DNA from: Malacoraja senta
Lineage: Eukaryota
Assembly: GCA_038087875.1 (NCBI GenBank)
Contig: JAXLNO010000202.1
Location: forward strand, 62,001 to 126,000
Direction: 5' to 3'
DNA: 64,000 bases
The position numbers were made by a program, and so were the translations under genes. The notes below the pieces were generated by a model. That model had not been told where the DNA came from. It worked only from the letters and a program-made list of their open reading frames with translations, and searched no databases. Positions 24,759 to 37,165 of the stretch are shown in pieces; the stretch's first letter is position 1; each line of letters opens with the position of its first letter.

Positions 24759-26389
24759 CGATGTTGATTGATGTCTCCCTGTTTGTGGTTTATATCATTG
24801 ATTTGGATGAGAATGCCGAAGGCATAATTAGTAAGTTTGTAGCTGACACTAAAGTCGGTGGTGTTGTAGATAGCAAAGATTGTTCTCCAAAATTACAGCA
24901 GGATCTGGCCAGGTGGGTTGAGGAATGGTCAATGGAGTTGAATGCAGAGAAGTGTGAGGAGTTGCATATTGGGGCATCTAACAGTGAATGGCAGGGCCCT
25001 GGGTGGTGTTGTGGAGCAGAGGGATCTAGGAGTGCAGGTGTGTGCAGTAAAGAACTGCAGATGCTGGTTTAAGCATATTTTTTTATGTTTATTTATTTAT
25101 TATTTATTTTTATGTTACTTGACTGTAAGGAAAATCCATTTCATTGTCTCTAAAATGAGTTAATGACAATAAATTGAACACAATACAATACAATACAAAA
25201 ATCGAAGGTAGACACAAAATGCTGGAGTAACTCAGCGGGACAGGCAGCATCTCTGGAGAGAAGGAATGGGTGACGTTTTGGGTCAGTTCTTCAGAAGAAG
25301 GGTCTCGACCCAAAACATCACCCATTCCTTCTCTCCAGAGATGCTGCCTGTCCCGCTGAGTTACTCCAGCTTTTTGTGTCAATCTTCGGTTTAAACCAGC
25401 ATCTGCAGTTCCTTCTTCTGCAATACTTCAACTGCAGTCTGACCAAAGTCCTATAAAGCTGCATAGTGACTTCCTGACTCATATACTGAATGCACCGACC
25501 AATGAAGACAAGCTTACTGTATGCCTGACCGACCACTCTGTCTACTTGTGTTGCCACTATCAGGCAGATATGGAGCCTGAGACCCCTGATCTCAGTTGGC
25601 AAATACCAGCTGGCAATTGGCCTCCCAGATTAAACACCGGTCAGGTACACCTCATTATTGTTCCATGTGCCTGATCTCAATATGTTGACAACAATCAGAT
25701 CAGGTTTACCACTAGTTTAATGCAGCTTATGTAACAGTGGAAGAGGCGGGTGATGGGCGACCGATGCACAGGTCAGGAATTCCCTTGCAGCCCTGAGCTG
25801 TCCCAGGAGCAGCCCATGTGGCCATGATGGGACGCCAGCAAGTGGGCGGCTGTGGACAGAGTGACCCCACAGTGAATGTGGACACACTGCATCGTCCAGT
25901 CTCCAGAAACCCCCAGCGATGTGTGAGAAACCCCTCACACACAGGGAGCTCCCACTGTGTGGCAACTGCTGGTCACATAGACTGAGGTACACGCTCAACT
26001 TCCTAAGGCTTCTAAACAAGTTGCTGGTGATATCTATCCCTAAGAACTTGAAATGTTTGGCCATCTCTTCGTTGGTGCCATCAAAGGGCTTTGCTTCCTG
26101 AGTCAATCACAATCTCCCTTGTCCTGCTGACATTGAGGGAGAGGTTGTTGTCTCATCATCGGGTTACCATGTTTCTGCAATTTGTTCCATATAGAGGCAC
26201 ACCCTGACTAATGTAATAGGCCACTTACATAAACTCGTACTTAAGGAAGCAATTCTTTAAGCTCACTGATGCCCATGTGGTCTCCACCTCAGAGCTCCCC
26301 CGTGGTCTCCACCTCGGACCTACCCCATGATCTCCGTGGCGAATAGTAAATTCACGCGTGTGCTATAACATATCCGTTTCTGACATGTA

Positions 26390-26780
26390 ACATCTGACTT
26401 ATGAACAAAACACAATACTCTAAATGTGGCCTCACCAACATCTTATACAACTGCAACACAACCTCCCAAATTCTATACTCAATACTCTGACTGATGAAGG
26501 CCAATGTACTGAAAGCCTTTTTAACCACCCGATCTATCTGCAATGCCTCTTTCAAGGAACCATGCTCCTGTACTTCTAGATCCCTCTGCTTTACAACAAT
26601 ACCCAGAGGCCGACCATTCACTGTGTAGGTCCTGCCCTTGTTAGTCTTTCTAAAATGCAACACCTCACACTTCTCTGTATTATATTCCACCAACCATTCC
26701 TCAGCCCACCTGGCCAATCGATCCAGATCCTGCTGCAATCTTTGACAACCACTATCTGCAAAACCACCCACTTTAGTGTC
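26390..26780 (-). mobile_element. Old CR1 RT fragment
   Basis: ORF 26352-26816: DTKVGG...LQQDLDRL..W...LVRPHLEYCV. Confidence 0.8.
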
Positions 26781-27332
26781 ATGTTGTCCAGAGATGCTGC
26801 CTGACCCATTGTTCATAGGTTCATAAGTGATAGGAGCAGAATTAGGCCATTTGGCCCATCAAGTCTACCGCACCATTCAATCATGGCTGATCTATCTTTC
26901 CCTCTCAACCCCATTTTCCTGCCTTCTCCACATAACCCCTGACACCCACACTAATCAAGAAGCTATCTATCTCTGCCTTAAAAATATCCACTGACACAGC
27001 ATCCACAGCTGTCTGTGGCAATCTTCTTCTTCTTGCGTATGTATGGCGTGCACAGCCCAAAGTTGTAGCAGGTCAACTTGTTCTATTTGATCTTGTTTGT
27101 GCACGTCGGGTCAATAGCATAAGTTGAAACAGGGTGGACCACGTGAAGGTTGCAATCTCGCACCCCAATGAATTCCACAGATTCACCACCCTCTGACTAA
27201 AGTAATTCCTCCTCATCTCCGTCCTTTAATTATGAGGCTGTGGCCTCTAGTCCTAAACTCTCCCATTAGTGGAAACATCCTCTCCACATCCACTCTATCC
27301 AGGCCTTTCACTATTCTCGTAGTCTTTCATAG

Positions 27333-27500
27333 ACTCTATGGAGTACTTTGAGTTGGCCGATGATATTCAGACACAAGTAAGAAAGCTCAGCTGGAAATCA
27401 TGTCAAGGATTTGCTTCTGAATGTTGATTTTTTATTTCAAACTTCCCCTTGATTTTGTGCATCTCGTGGCCTCACCACCTACAGCCCCCTCTCTCTACAC
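27333..27500 (+). pseudogene. Orphan partial duplicate of the TMPRSS SEA exon 3' half plus downstream intron
   Basis: ctctatggagtactttgagttggccgatgatattcagacacaa|gtaaga... aligns to 30081-30235 (SMEYFELADDIQTQ vs SMEFFELADDLQTQ). Confidence 0.8.
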
Positions 27501-28074
27501 GGCATTCCCTCAGTTGCCGGGAGATCGGTGGTGGACCTGTATCAGTGCAAGGATATTGCCAAGAGAAACCATCTCTATAAATGGACGAAGAACAGTACAG
27601 CACAAACACAGGCCCTTCAGCCCAAAATGTATGTGTTGAACGATGCCAAGACCATCACATCTGCATGATCCATATCCCCCCCATTCCCTACATATCCATG
27701 TGCCTATCCAAATGTCCCTTAAACACCACTATCATATCTGCCTCAGCATCATGTTCCAGGCACCCACCACCCTCTGTGTAAAATATCTTGCCCCGCACCT
27801 TTCCATTCAACTTTGCCCCTCTCACCTGCAAGTTAGAATGTAATTGTTTCATTGTCAATACAGATGACAATGAAACACTCTTGACTCCTGAGTGCAAATC
27901 TGTTCACTTGATGTAAAGGCTTTATTCCAGCCTGCATCTCTATATTTCCTCATCCACCAAAGTTTAGAGATTTAGATTTAGACATACAATATGGAAACAG
28001 ACCCTTGAGCCCACTGAGTCCATGCTGACCATCGATCACCCTTTTATGTTATTCCACTTTCTCACTTTCTCCCT

Positions 28075-28282
28075 ACACACTAGGGGCAATTTACAGAGGG
28101 CCAATTAACCTACAAACCCGTACTTCTTTGGGATGTGGGAGGCAACCAGAGCACCCGGAGGAAATCCACGCTGAAATGGGAGAACGTGCAAACTCCGCAA
28201 AGACAGCACCTGAGGTCATGATCAAACCCTGGTCTCTGGCGCTGTGAGGCATCAGCTCTACCTGCTGCACCACCGTGCTGCC
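28075..28282 (-). mobile_element. tRNA-derived SINE (HE1/V-SINE-like)
   Basis: Reverse complement of the SINE head and core seen at 47114-47400. Confidence 0.75.
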
Positions 28283-28471
28283 CAAGTGGTGACACCCATG
28301 TGATTTCTCGCTGCATCCTGATCTCTGATCCTTGGCACTAATCTCTGGACCAAAGATGGACACACAAAATTGGAGAAATAGGTGACGTTTTGGGTCAAGA
28401 CCTTTCTTCATACGTTCTCTCAAACAGCCTCATTTTGTTTTATCTTCACAGAGCCGTTCCCGTTACTCACA

Positions 28472-28574
28472 ATGAAAGTCTCCAAAAGCTTCGTGGCCAC
28501 GGTTGTGATTATTTCCGCACTGCTTGTTCTCGCTGCAGTGGCAGTTATTATTTTAGCCGTCTTTCTGATTAAAG
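28472..28574 (+). CDS. TMPRSS11-like type II transmembrane serine protease, transmembrane exon
   Basis: Acceptor ttcacag at 28451; MKVSKSFVATVVIISALLVLAAVAVIILAVFLIK; donor G|gtaaga, phase 1, compatible with the next exon. Start codon is inferred. Confidence 0.8.
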
Positions 28575-29489
28575 GTAAGAACCAAGTCTATTCATCACTC
28601 GTGAATCAAAGTGCCAGCTAACACCAGAACCTATAGCAAAACACAAAATGCTGGAGTAACTCAGTGGGACAGGCAGCATCTGTGGAGGGTAGACACAAAA
28701 TGCTGGAGTAACTCAGTGGGACAGGCAGCATCTGTGGAGAGAAGGTTGACGTTTCAGGTCTAGACCCTTCTTTAGACAGAGATGCTGCCTGTCCCGATGA
28801 GTTACTCCAACATTTTGTTTGCTTCACTTCAGTTTACTACTGTCCCGTGTACCGAGGTACAGTGCGTGCTATCCAGACAGCGGAAAGACAATGCCTGAAT
28901 ATTATCGAACAGTCCACAGTGTACAACTACAGGATAATGGGTATAATGTTTCATGCAAGATAAAGTTCACTAAAGTCCGATTAAAGATAGTCTGAGGGTC
29001 TTCAATGAAGTAGAATGGAGGTCAGGACCACTCTCTTGTTGGTGATAGGATTATTCAGTTGCCTGATAACAGCTGGGAAGAAACTGTCCCTGAATCTGAA
29101 TTTATGTTTTGCTCAGGATTTCAGCGTTTGCAGTTCCTTTTGTCTCCAGAAGCTACAATGTAGAGGAAGCTGTAGATGAGCAAATAGACGGCAGGAATAG
29201 TCAATAAGATGGTCAACAAAGTGGTGGGTGGGGCTGTTGAAGGGAACAGAATATCTAATTCCCAGTTTTAAAATCTTCGCATCAATTCAGATCTGCAGTG
29301 TTGTCTGTGTGAATTAGCATCTTTTCTCTGGTTTCCTCTCACAACCCAAAGGTGTGCAGGAGGTTATGTGAAAGGTGCTTGTTGCCTGTTGTCTAGGTGG
29401 GTGGGAGACAGGAGAGAGAATAACACAGGAAAATAAGTGGGCCATTGGGATTGAGATCCAGGATAAGTTCAGTGTTGTAAAGAATAATG

Positions 29490-29875
29490 GGGCAGTTGGT
29501 AAAGTTGCTGCCTCACAGCGCCAGAGACCCGGGTTCCATCCTGACTGGGTGCTGTCTGTACGGAGTTTGCACGTTCTCCCTGTGACCGAATGGGTTTTCT
29601 CCGGGTCCTCCCACACTCGTACAGGTCTGGGTTAATTGTCCCTAGTGTGTTGGATAGTCCTGGAGTGATACAGTGTGGAAACATGCCCTTCAGCCCAACT
29701 TGCCCACACTGGCCAACATGTCCCAGCTACACTAGTCCCACCTGCCTGCGCTTGGTCCATATCCCTCCAAACCTGTCCTATCAAACATGGTGTTAATGTG
29801 CGGGGATCGCTGGTCAGCACGCACTCTTTGGGCCACATGGCCTGTTTCCATGCTGTATCTCTAAACTAAATTGAA
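29490..29875 (+). mobile_element. tRNA-derived SINE with an internal CR1-tail insertion
   Basis: gttgctgcctcacagcgccagagacccgggttc head; ctgtatctctaaactaaa tail. Confidence 0.7.
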
Positions 29876-29992
29876 CAAAATCCCTTGTATAAAGTTCAAT
29901 TTCCTTATTCGCTTGGGTGACTTGCCGATGTAGAAATAGGATGCTGAACGCAATAGGACAACTACAATAGTTCTGTTTCTCATCTTTTGAAG

Positions 29993-30123
29993 CTGCCAGT
30001 TCGCAAACATGGAATAGTTACTACAGTGGAAATTTCAGAATATTGAACGTTCCCTACAACGAGAGCCTGGCATCGAGCAGCTCCATGGAGTTCTTTGAGT
30101 TGGCCGATGACCTTCAGACACAA
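29993..30123 (+). CDS. TMPRSS11-like SEA-domain exon
   Basis: cttttgaag| ... |gtacga; 131 nt, phase 1 to 0; (A)ASSQTWNSYYSGNFRILNVPYNESLASSSSMEFFELADDLQTQ fits the SEA N-terminal pattern Y.G.F.I.N..Y...L....S.EF..L. Confidence 0.85.
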
Positions 30124-30224
30124 GTACGAAAGCTCAGCTTCAAGTCACGTCAAGGATTTGCTTCTGAAAGTTGATTATTTCAAACTTCCCTTGAACTTTC
30201 CACATCTCCTGGCCTCACCACTGA

Positions 30225-31185
30225 CAGCCCCCCCCCTACACCTCCCCCCCCCTACACTCCCCCTCCCCCTCCCCCTACACCCCTACACTCCCCCTGCACC
30301 CTTACACCCCCTCCTCCTACTCCCCCCCACCCCCCCTGCACCCCTTCCCTCTACCACCCCTACAACCCCCTACACCCCCTCCCTCTACACCCCCCCCCTA
30401 CACCTCCCCTCCTCTACACTCCCCCTCCCCCTCCCCCTGCACCCCTACGCTCCCCCTGCACCCCTACACTCCCCCTGCACCCCTACACTCCCTACCCCTA
30501 CACCCCCCCTCCCTCTACACCCCCTCCCCCTACACCCCCTCCCCCTACACCCCCTCCCCCTGCACCCCCCCTACACGCCCCCTCCTGCACCCTCCCTCCT
30601 CTGCTACACACCCCTCCTCTACACCCCCCCTCTACACCCCCCTCCTCTGCACCCCCTCTCTCTGCACCCCCTCCCTCTGCACCCCCCCTCTACATCCCCC
30701 CTCCCTCTACCCCCCTCCCCCTGCACCCCCCTCCCTCTACACCCCTCCCTCTACACCCCCTCTCTCTGTACACCCCCTCCCTCTACACCCTCTCCCTCTG
30801 CACCCCCTCCCTCTGCACTCCCTCCCTCTGCACCCCCTCCCTCTGCACCCCCTCCCTCTACACCCCCTCCCTCTACACCCCCTCCCTCTACACCCTCTCC
30901 CTCTGCACTCCCTCCCTCTGCACCCCCTCCCTCTGCACCCCCTCCCTCTACACCCCCTCCCTCTGCACTCCCTCCCTCTGCACTCCCTCCCTCTACACCC
31001 CCTCCCTCTACACCCCCTCCCTCTACACCCCCTCCCTCTACACCCCCTCCCTCTGCACCGCCTCCCTCTGCACTCCCTCCCTCTACACCCCCTCCCTCTG
31101 CACTCCCTCCCTCTACACCCCCTCCCTCTACACCCCCTCCCTCTACGCCCCCTCCCTCTACACCCGCTCTCTCTGCACCCCCTCT
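30225..31185. repeat. C-rich minisatellite, ~15-bp unit ccctctRcacYccct (G-rich on -)
   Basis: Directly visible periodic sequence, intronic. Confidence 0.95.
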
Positions 31186-31791
31186 CTCCCTCTTCCATTC
31201 CCAACGGTATGAACCCCCCACTAATCTCCTTCCCTATTGTCCCCCTGTCCCCAACTCACTCCCCCCCCTCTCCCCCCTCCCCCTTCACTACCCTGTGCCC
31301 CACCTGGTCTCCAACCTATTTCTCCCCTCCACTCACCCCCCCTCACCCATCCCCCACACACACTGGAGTGTGGGAGGAAACCGAAGATCTCGGAGAAAAC
31401 TCACGCAGGTGATGGGGAGAAGGTAAAACTCTGTCAGGATCAAGCCTGGGTCTCTGGCGCTGTGAGGCAGCAACTCTACCGCTGCACCACCGTGTCGCCC
31501 TTAATGTAGAACAGCTTTCAAAGACATTTAAAAGTTTGCGACTAAATTGTCCAATCTTCATTGTATGATTCTTGAAAGCATAAACGTCAGTGAATGTCCT
31601 GTCATAACTTGTAAATCATTCCTTAATAAAGATTGAAGACCATGCATCAATACTGTGACTTTGAACTGTAAGTGTGTAATGAACATGATAAAGAGGGATT
31701 ACCCGGATGTGTAAAAGTTATTACTGTTGTCTTAGAAACTGTCCCTTTGTACTACACCATCTGCAACCTTCTTCCTTTCCATTGACTGCAG

Positions 31792-31859
31792 CTGAACTTG
31801 GTGTATTCAGAATCAGAATTGTCCAAGGAATTCAACCGTGGACAAGTTGTAGAATTCAG
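31792..31859 (+). CDS. TMPRSS11-like SEA-domain exon (68 nt)
   Basis: tttccattgactgcag| LNLVYSESELSKEFNRGQVVEF |gtacgc; phase 0 to 2, in frame with the previous exon. Confidence 0.82.
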
Positions 31860-32520
31860 GTACGCTCTTGAATTTTTCCACCCAATGCTCGTAAAGTTAA
31901 AGTTGTGACAGGTTTTCATAGAATCATGATATCATATTTACAGCTTAATTTGTTCAGGTCACTGCCTGATCAGAACGTTCTTGTACAGACAGGTGATGAC
32001 AGCACAGAAACTGGCCCTTCGGCCCAACTTATCCATGCCGACCCATTAGCCTGAGTTTGGCCCATAAGCTGCTTGACCTTTCCCATCTGTGTACCTATCT
32101 AAATACCCTTTAAACATTGTATCTACCTCATAGCTTCCTCTGTCTCATCCCATATACACCCACCCTCTGCATGAAGAAATTGCCCCTCAGGTCTCTTTCA
32201 AATCTCTCACCTAAAACTTATGTTTTCTGGTTTTAGACTCCCTGACTCTGGTGGAATAAACTGTGACCATTCACCTTATCTATGACCCTCATGGTTATAG
32301 TCACCCCTCAGTCTCATACGTTCCAAAGACAAAATTCCCAGCCCTTTCAGACTCAGCCTATAATTCAAGCCCTCCTTATCCAGTAACATCCTCAGCACCC
32401 TTTCCAGCTGAATGACATCCCCCCCCCTAACAGAGAGAACACAACATCTTCTCACCAACGGTAGACACAAAAGCTGCAGTAACTCAACAGGACAGGCAGC
32501 ATCTATGGAGATAAGGAAAG

Positions 32521-32556
32521 GGTGACGTTTCGGGTCGAGACCCTTCTTCAGACCTG
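32521..32556 (-). ncRNA. Minimal type I hammerhead ribozyme motif in Penelope-derived repeat
   Basis: Minus strand reads AGGU CUGAAGA A GGGUC UC GACCC GAAAC GUC ACC: core CUGANGA/GAAA, stem II, palindromic ACGU stem III, GUC cleavage triplet, 3-bp stem I. Confidence 0.6.
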
Positions 32557-33721
32557 AAACGTCACCCATTGCTTCTCTCCAGAGATGCTGCCTGTCCCAT
32601 TGAGTTACTCCAGCATTTTGTTATTTTACTTCTGTTTAAACCAGCATCTGCAGTTCTTTCCTATACATGTTCTCACCAACTACATGTAACATGATGTCCC
32701 AACTCCTATATTGATGAAGAAAGGCTCACTTCACAGCCCGATCATCCCGGGCACCACTTGAAGGGAACTGTGTACGTGTATCGCCAGGTCTCTCTGCCCC
32801 ACCACACTCCCCTGGCCTCTGCCATTGGATATTCCCCTGCCCTGACTACACTGGCCATATTGCACCAATTTACACTTGTCAGGGTTAAATTCCATCTGCC
32901 ATTTGCAGTCATAGAATGATACAGCGTGGAAACAGGCCCCTCATCCCAATTTACCCACACCAACCAACATGCCCCATCTATACTGATCCCACCTGTCTGT
33001 GTTTGGCCCAGATCCCTCTAAACCTGTCCTATCCATGTACCTGTCTAAATGTTTCTTAAATGTTGTGATATTGCATGTCTCAACTACCTGCTCAGGCAGC
33101 TTGTTCCCTACACCCACCACCCACTTCAAGAAAGGAGCGAGAGAGAAAATGGGGAATTACAGACCAGTTAGCCTGACTTTGGTGGTGGGAAAGATACTGG
33201 AGTCAATTATTAAAGAGATAATAATGGGGCATTTGCATAGCAGTAAAAGGATTAGTCCAAGTCAACATGGATTTATGAAAGGGAAATCATGATTGACTAA
33301 TTCGGAATTTTTTGAGGATGTGACAAGTAAAATGGATGAAGGGGTGCCAGTGGATGTAGTGTATCTAGACTTTCAGAAAGCCTTTGATATGGTCCCGCAT
33401 GGGAGATTGGTGACTAAAATTAGAGCACATGGTATTGGGTTTAGGGTGTTGACATGGATAGAAAATTGGTTGGCAGACAGGGAGCAAAAAGTAGGAGTGA
33501 ACGGGTCCTTTTCAGAATGGCAGGCAGTGGCGAGTGGAGTGCCGCAAGGCTCGGTGTTGGGGCTGCAACTGTTTACCATATATATTAATGATTTGGAAGA
33601 GGGAATCAGGACCAACACTAGCAAGTTTGCGGATGACACAAAGCTGGGTTGCAGTGTGAACTGTGAAGAGGATGTTAGGAGGTTGCAGGGTGACCTGGAC
33701 AGGTTGAGTGAGTGGGCAGAT

Positions 33722-34522
33722 ACTTTTATCCTTTATTGTCATTCAGACTTTTCAGTCTGAAAGAAATTTCATGCCTTGCAGTCATAACATAGAATAAAAT
33801 AACAAAACACACAATAAACACAGATTTAACATCCACTACAGTGAGTCCACCAGGTCCTCCTCTCTGTGATGGAAGGCAAAAGTCTTAAAGTCCTTGTCTC
33901 TTCCCTCCTTGTTCTCCCTCTGCGCTGAGGCGATCCAAGCTTCCGATGTTGTGACCCCGCCGGGTGATGGTAAGTAAGTCCCGCGGCCGAATCCGAGCTC
34001 CGCGAACGGGCCGGTTCAAACTCTGCGGCCTGGAGTGGTCGAAGCTGCCGAAGCTGCCACCCTCCAGTCCAGCGGACGCAGCTGTTGTTTCGCGAGCTCC
34101 GGAAAAACAGGTCACCCACCTGTGACCTGCGAGCTCCCGACGATGTCGTCCACTGGGCCCGCGGCCGAGTCCACTGGGCCCGCGGCCGAGCCTCCGAGGC
34201 TCCGAAGTCAGGTCGCCGCCGCCGCAACGCCACCACAGCCCCGAAGTCGGCCAGCCTCGCGTTGGTAAGTCCTGGCTCTGCCTCCGGAGCCTCGAGGTCG
34301 GTCCCAGTTGGAGGCCGCCAACTCCGCCATTAGGCCTCAGCGCAGACGGAGACGGAGAAGGGGGTTACGACAAGAAAAGGTCGCAAGCCCCCAAAGGAAG
34401 AGACCAAAAATATGTTTCTCCCCCCCCCCCCCACATACACAAACAAAATAAACTAAAATAAAAGAAAACAAAAAAAAGAAAAGACAAACGGACTGCAGGC
34501 GAGCCGCAGCGCCGCCACTTCC
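33722..34522 (-). mobile_element. GC-rich non-autonomous retroposon-like element inserted in CR1
   Basis: CR1 breaks at gcagat| and resumes at gatgcaatataat; close copy at 63640-64000. Confidence 0.7.
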
Positions 34523-35217
34523 GGATGCAATATAATTTAGATAAATGTGAGGTTGTCCACTTTGGTGGCAAAAACAAGGGGGCAGATTATTATCTCAATG
34601 GGGTTAGGTTAGGTAAGGGGGAGGTACAGCGAGACCTGGGTGTCCTTGTACACCGGTCACTGAAAGTTGGCGTGCAGGTACAGCAGGCAGTGAAGGAAGC
34701 TAATGGAATGTTGGCCTTCATAACAAGAGGATTTCAGTATAGGAGCAGAGAGGTTCTTCTGCAGTTGTATAGGGCTCTGGTGAGACCACATCTGGAGTAT
34801 TGTGTACAGTTTTGGTCTCCTAATTTAAGGAAGGACATCCTTGTGATTGAGGCAGTGCAGAGTAGGTTCACGAGATTGATCCCTGGGATGGCGGGACTGT
34901 CATATGAGGAAAGATTGAAAAGACTAGGCTTGTATTCACTGGAGATTAGAAGGATTAGGGGGATCTTATAGAAACTTTTATAAAAGGACTGGACAAGCTA
35001 GATGCAGGAAAAATGTTCTCAATGTTGGGCGAGTCCAGAACCAGGGGCCACAGTCTTAGAATAAAGGGGTGGCCATTTAAGACTGAGGTGAGAAAAAACG
35101 TTTTCACCCAGAGAGTTGTGAATTTGTGGAATTCCCTGCCACAGAGGGCAGTGGAGGCCAAGTCACTGGATGGATTTAAGAGAGAGTTAGATAGAGCTCT
35201 GGGGGCTAGAATTGTCC

Positions 35218-36080
35218 ACTAGGGGCGCCGCATTGAAGGCAGCCACTGCCTACAGTCTGTCCGTTTTTTCCTATCTTTTTTTATTTTAGTTTGTCTTAAA
35301 AGTTTGTTTTGGGGATTCTTTAGCTTTTCTATGTGGGGGAGGGGGGTAGGGTAAGGGGGGTACCGTTTCCCAGTTACTTCCTGGCGAGGACGGGACTATT
35401 CTCCGAGTAGCGTCCTCGCCCCCCTCCTCGCGGCCTACCAACTGGATTGGAGCAGCCTTTTCTGCCGGGGACCCGGACCAGAGCTTCAGCAGCGGAGTCG
35501 CAGTGGTGGATTCACCGCGGAGCGGGCGGATGCCTACCTGGGATCACTGTTTGAAGCTCCGGAGTGCTGGGCCCGCTGCTCCAACATCGCGGAGCTGAGG
35601 TTTGCGGAGCTCCCAACGCGGGCAGCGCTGACCAACATCGCGGAGTCCTGGGACCCTTTGCTGAGGGCCGCCAGCGTTGAATCTCCGCTCAGCACGGCCT
35701 GTGGACTTCGGGAGCCGCGGACTCTGGTAGGAAGTGGCCGATTCGGAGGTCAAAGCCGCTGAAGTTGGCCTCCCCTTTCCAATGTCGGAGCTCCAGCATC
35801 CCGCCGAGCGGGCCTGAATATCGGGCCACCCGTAGTGGCGACTGCGGAGGGCTCGGGAGGCCCCGACCATGGGTGAACATCAAGAACAACAGAGGAAGAT
35901 GACTGAATTTGGTGCCTTCCCTCACAGTGGGAAACATTGATTCTGCTGTGTGGGGATGTTTTATGTTGGACTCTATCGTGTGTTGTGTTCTTTATTTTAT
36001 TGTATGGCTGTATGGTGAACACACATTTCACTGTGCCAACTGGTACATGTGACAAATACATGTATCTTGTCTTGTATCTT
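35218..36080 (+). mobile_element. GC-rich non-autonomous retroposon-like element inserted in CR1 3' end
   Basis: Shared terminal blocks with related copies; (gtatctt)n-like tail. Confidence 0.65.
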
Positions 36081-36965
36081 GTAGTGGAATCAATGGATAT
36101 GGGGAGAAGGCAGGCACGGGTTATTGATTGGGGACGATCAGCCATGATCACAATGAATGGCGGTGCTGGCTCGAAGGGACGAATGGCCTCCTCCTGCACC
36201 TATTTTCTATGTTTCTATGTTTCTAAAAAGCTATCCCTCAGGTTCCTATTAAACTTTCCTCTCCTCACCATAAACCTATGGCCTCTGGTTCTTGATTCCC
36301 CATATTCTAGGCCAAAGACTCTGTCTGTCTACCCGAACTATTCCATGATTTTGTACATTTCTATAAGACTGCAACAGTGTAGGAGGAGGCCAAAGACAGG
36401 GAGGCTGCTCCCTGGAGTGTGTGGGAGAATGGCGATGGACATCTGGAAGCCAGGCATCATCCTCGTGATCAGAGGTGTTCTGCAAAGCAGACCCTCCATC
36501 TGCATTGGATTGACCAGAGTAAAGTAAAACACATCATGGTCAACTAACTGGAAGTGAAACATGACTTCACCTGCAGTAAAATACTTGGCTGCTTGATGGT
36601 GGGAGCGTTGGAGCTAGAAGTGTAGATGTTGCATCTCCTGCGGTTGCCTGGGAAGGTGCCCACGGAAGGGAAGAGATTGTTGGTGGAGAAAGAAGAGGAG
36701 GATCGGTCACTTTGGAATTCTGAAGGGGAAGAGGAAGGAAAGATATGTCCTGTGGGAGCAAATCACAGATGGTGGAGCTTATGGAGGAAGCAGTGTCACA
36801 AGTTATAGGAGTAGAATTAGGCCATTCGGCCCATCAAGTCTATTCCACCGTTCATTCATGGCTGATCTCTGCCACCTAATCCCATATTCCTGCCTTCTCC
36901 CCATAACCCCTGACACCCGTTCTAATTTGACCTTCTCTGCCTTAAAAATATCCACTGATTTGGCC

Positions 36966-37165
36966 NNNNNNNNNNNNNNNNNNNNNNNNNNNNNNNNNNN
37001 NNNNNNNNNNNNNNNNNNNNNNNNNNNNNNNNNNNNNNNNNNNNNNNNNNNNNNNNNNNNNNNNNNNNNNNNNNNNNNNNNNNNNNNNNNNNNNNNNNNN
37101 NNNNNNNNNNNNNNNNNNNNNNNNNNNNNNNNNNNNNNNNNNNNNNNNNNNNNNNNNNNNNNNNN
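36966..37165. other. Assembly gap, 200 N
   Basis: Run of exactly 200 N, likely a placeholder of unknown true size. Confidence 1.

Larger units (their letters stand above)
33120..36225 (+). mobile_element. CR1 LINE 3' part interrupted by two GC-rich elements
   Basis: RT ORFs 32999-33760 and 34525-35222; 3' UTR resumes at ~36085 with (tttctatg)n tail. Confidence 0.88.

Noticed and set aside
26212..26384. Possible solo LTR (TG...CA)
   Set aside because: No matching TSD and no second copy in the window.
30095..31426. 443-aa Pro-rich ORF and antisense Gly/Arg-rich ORFs
   Set aside because: Artefacts of a stop-free C-rich minisatellite in a TMPRSS intron.
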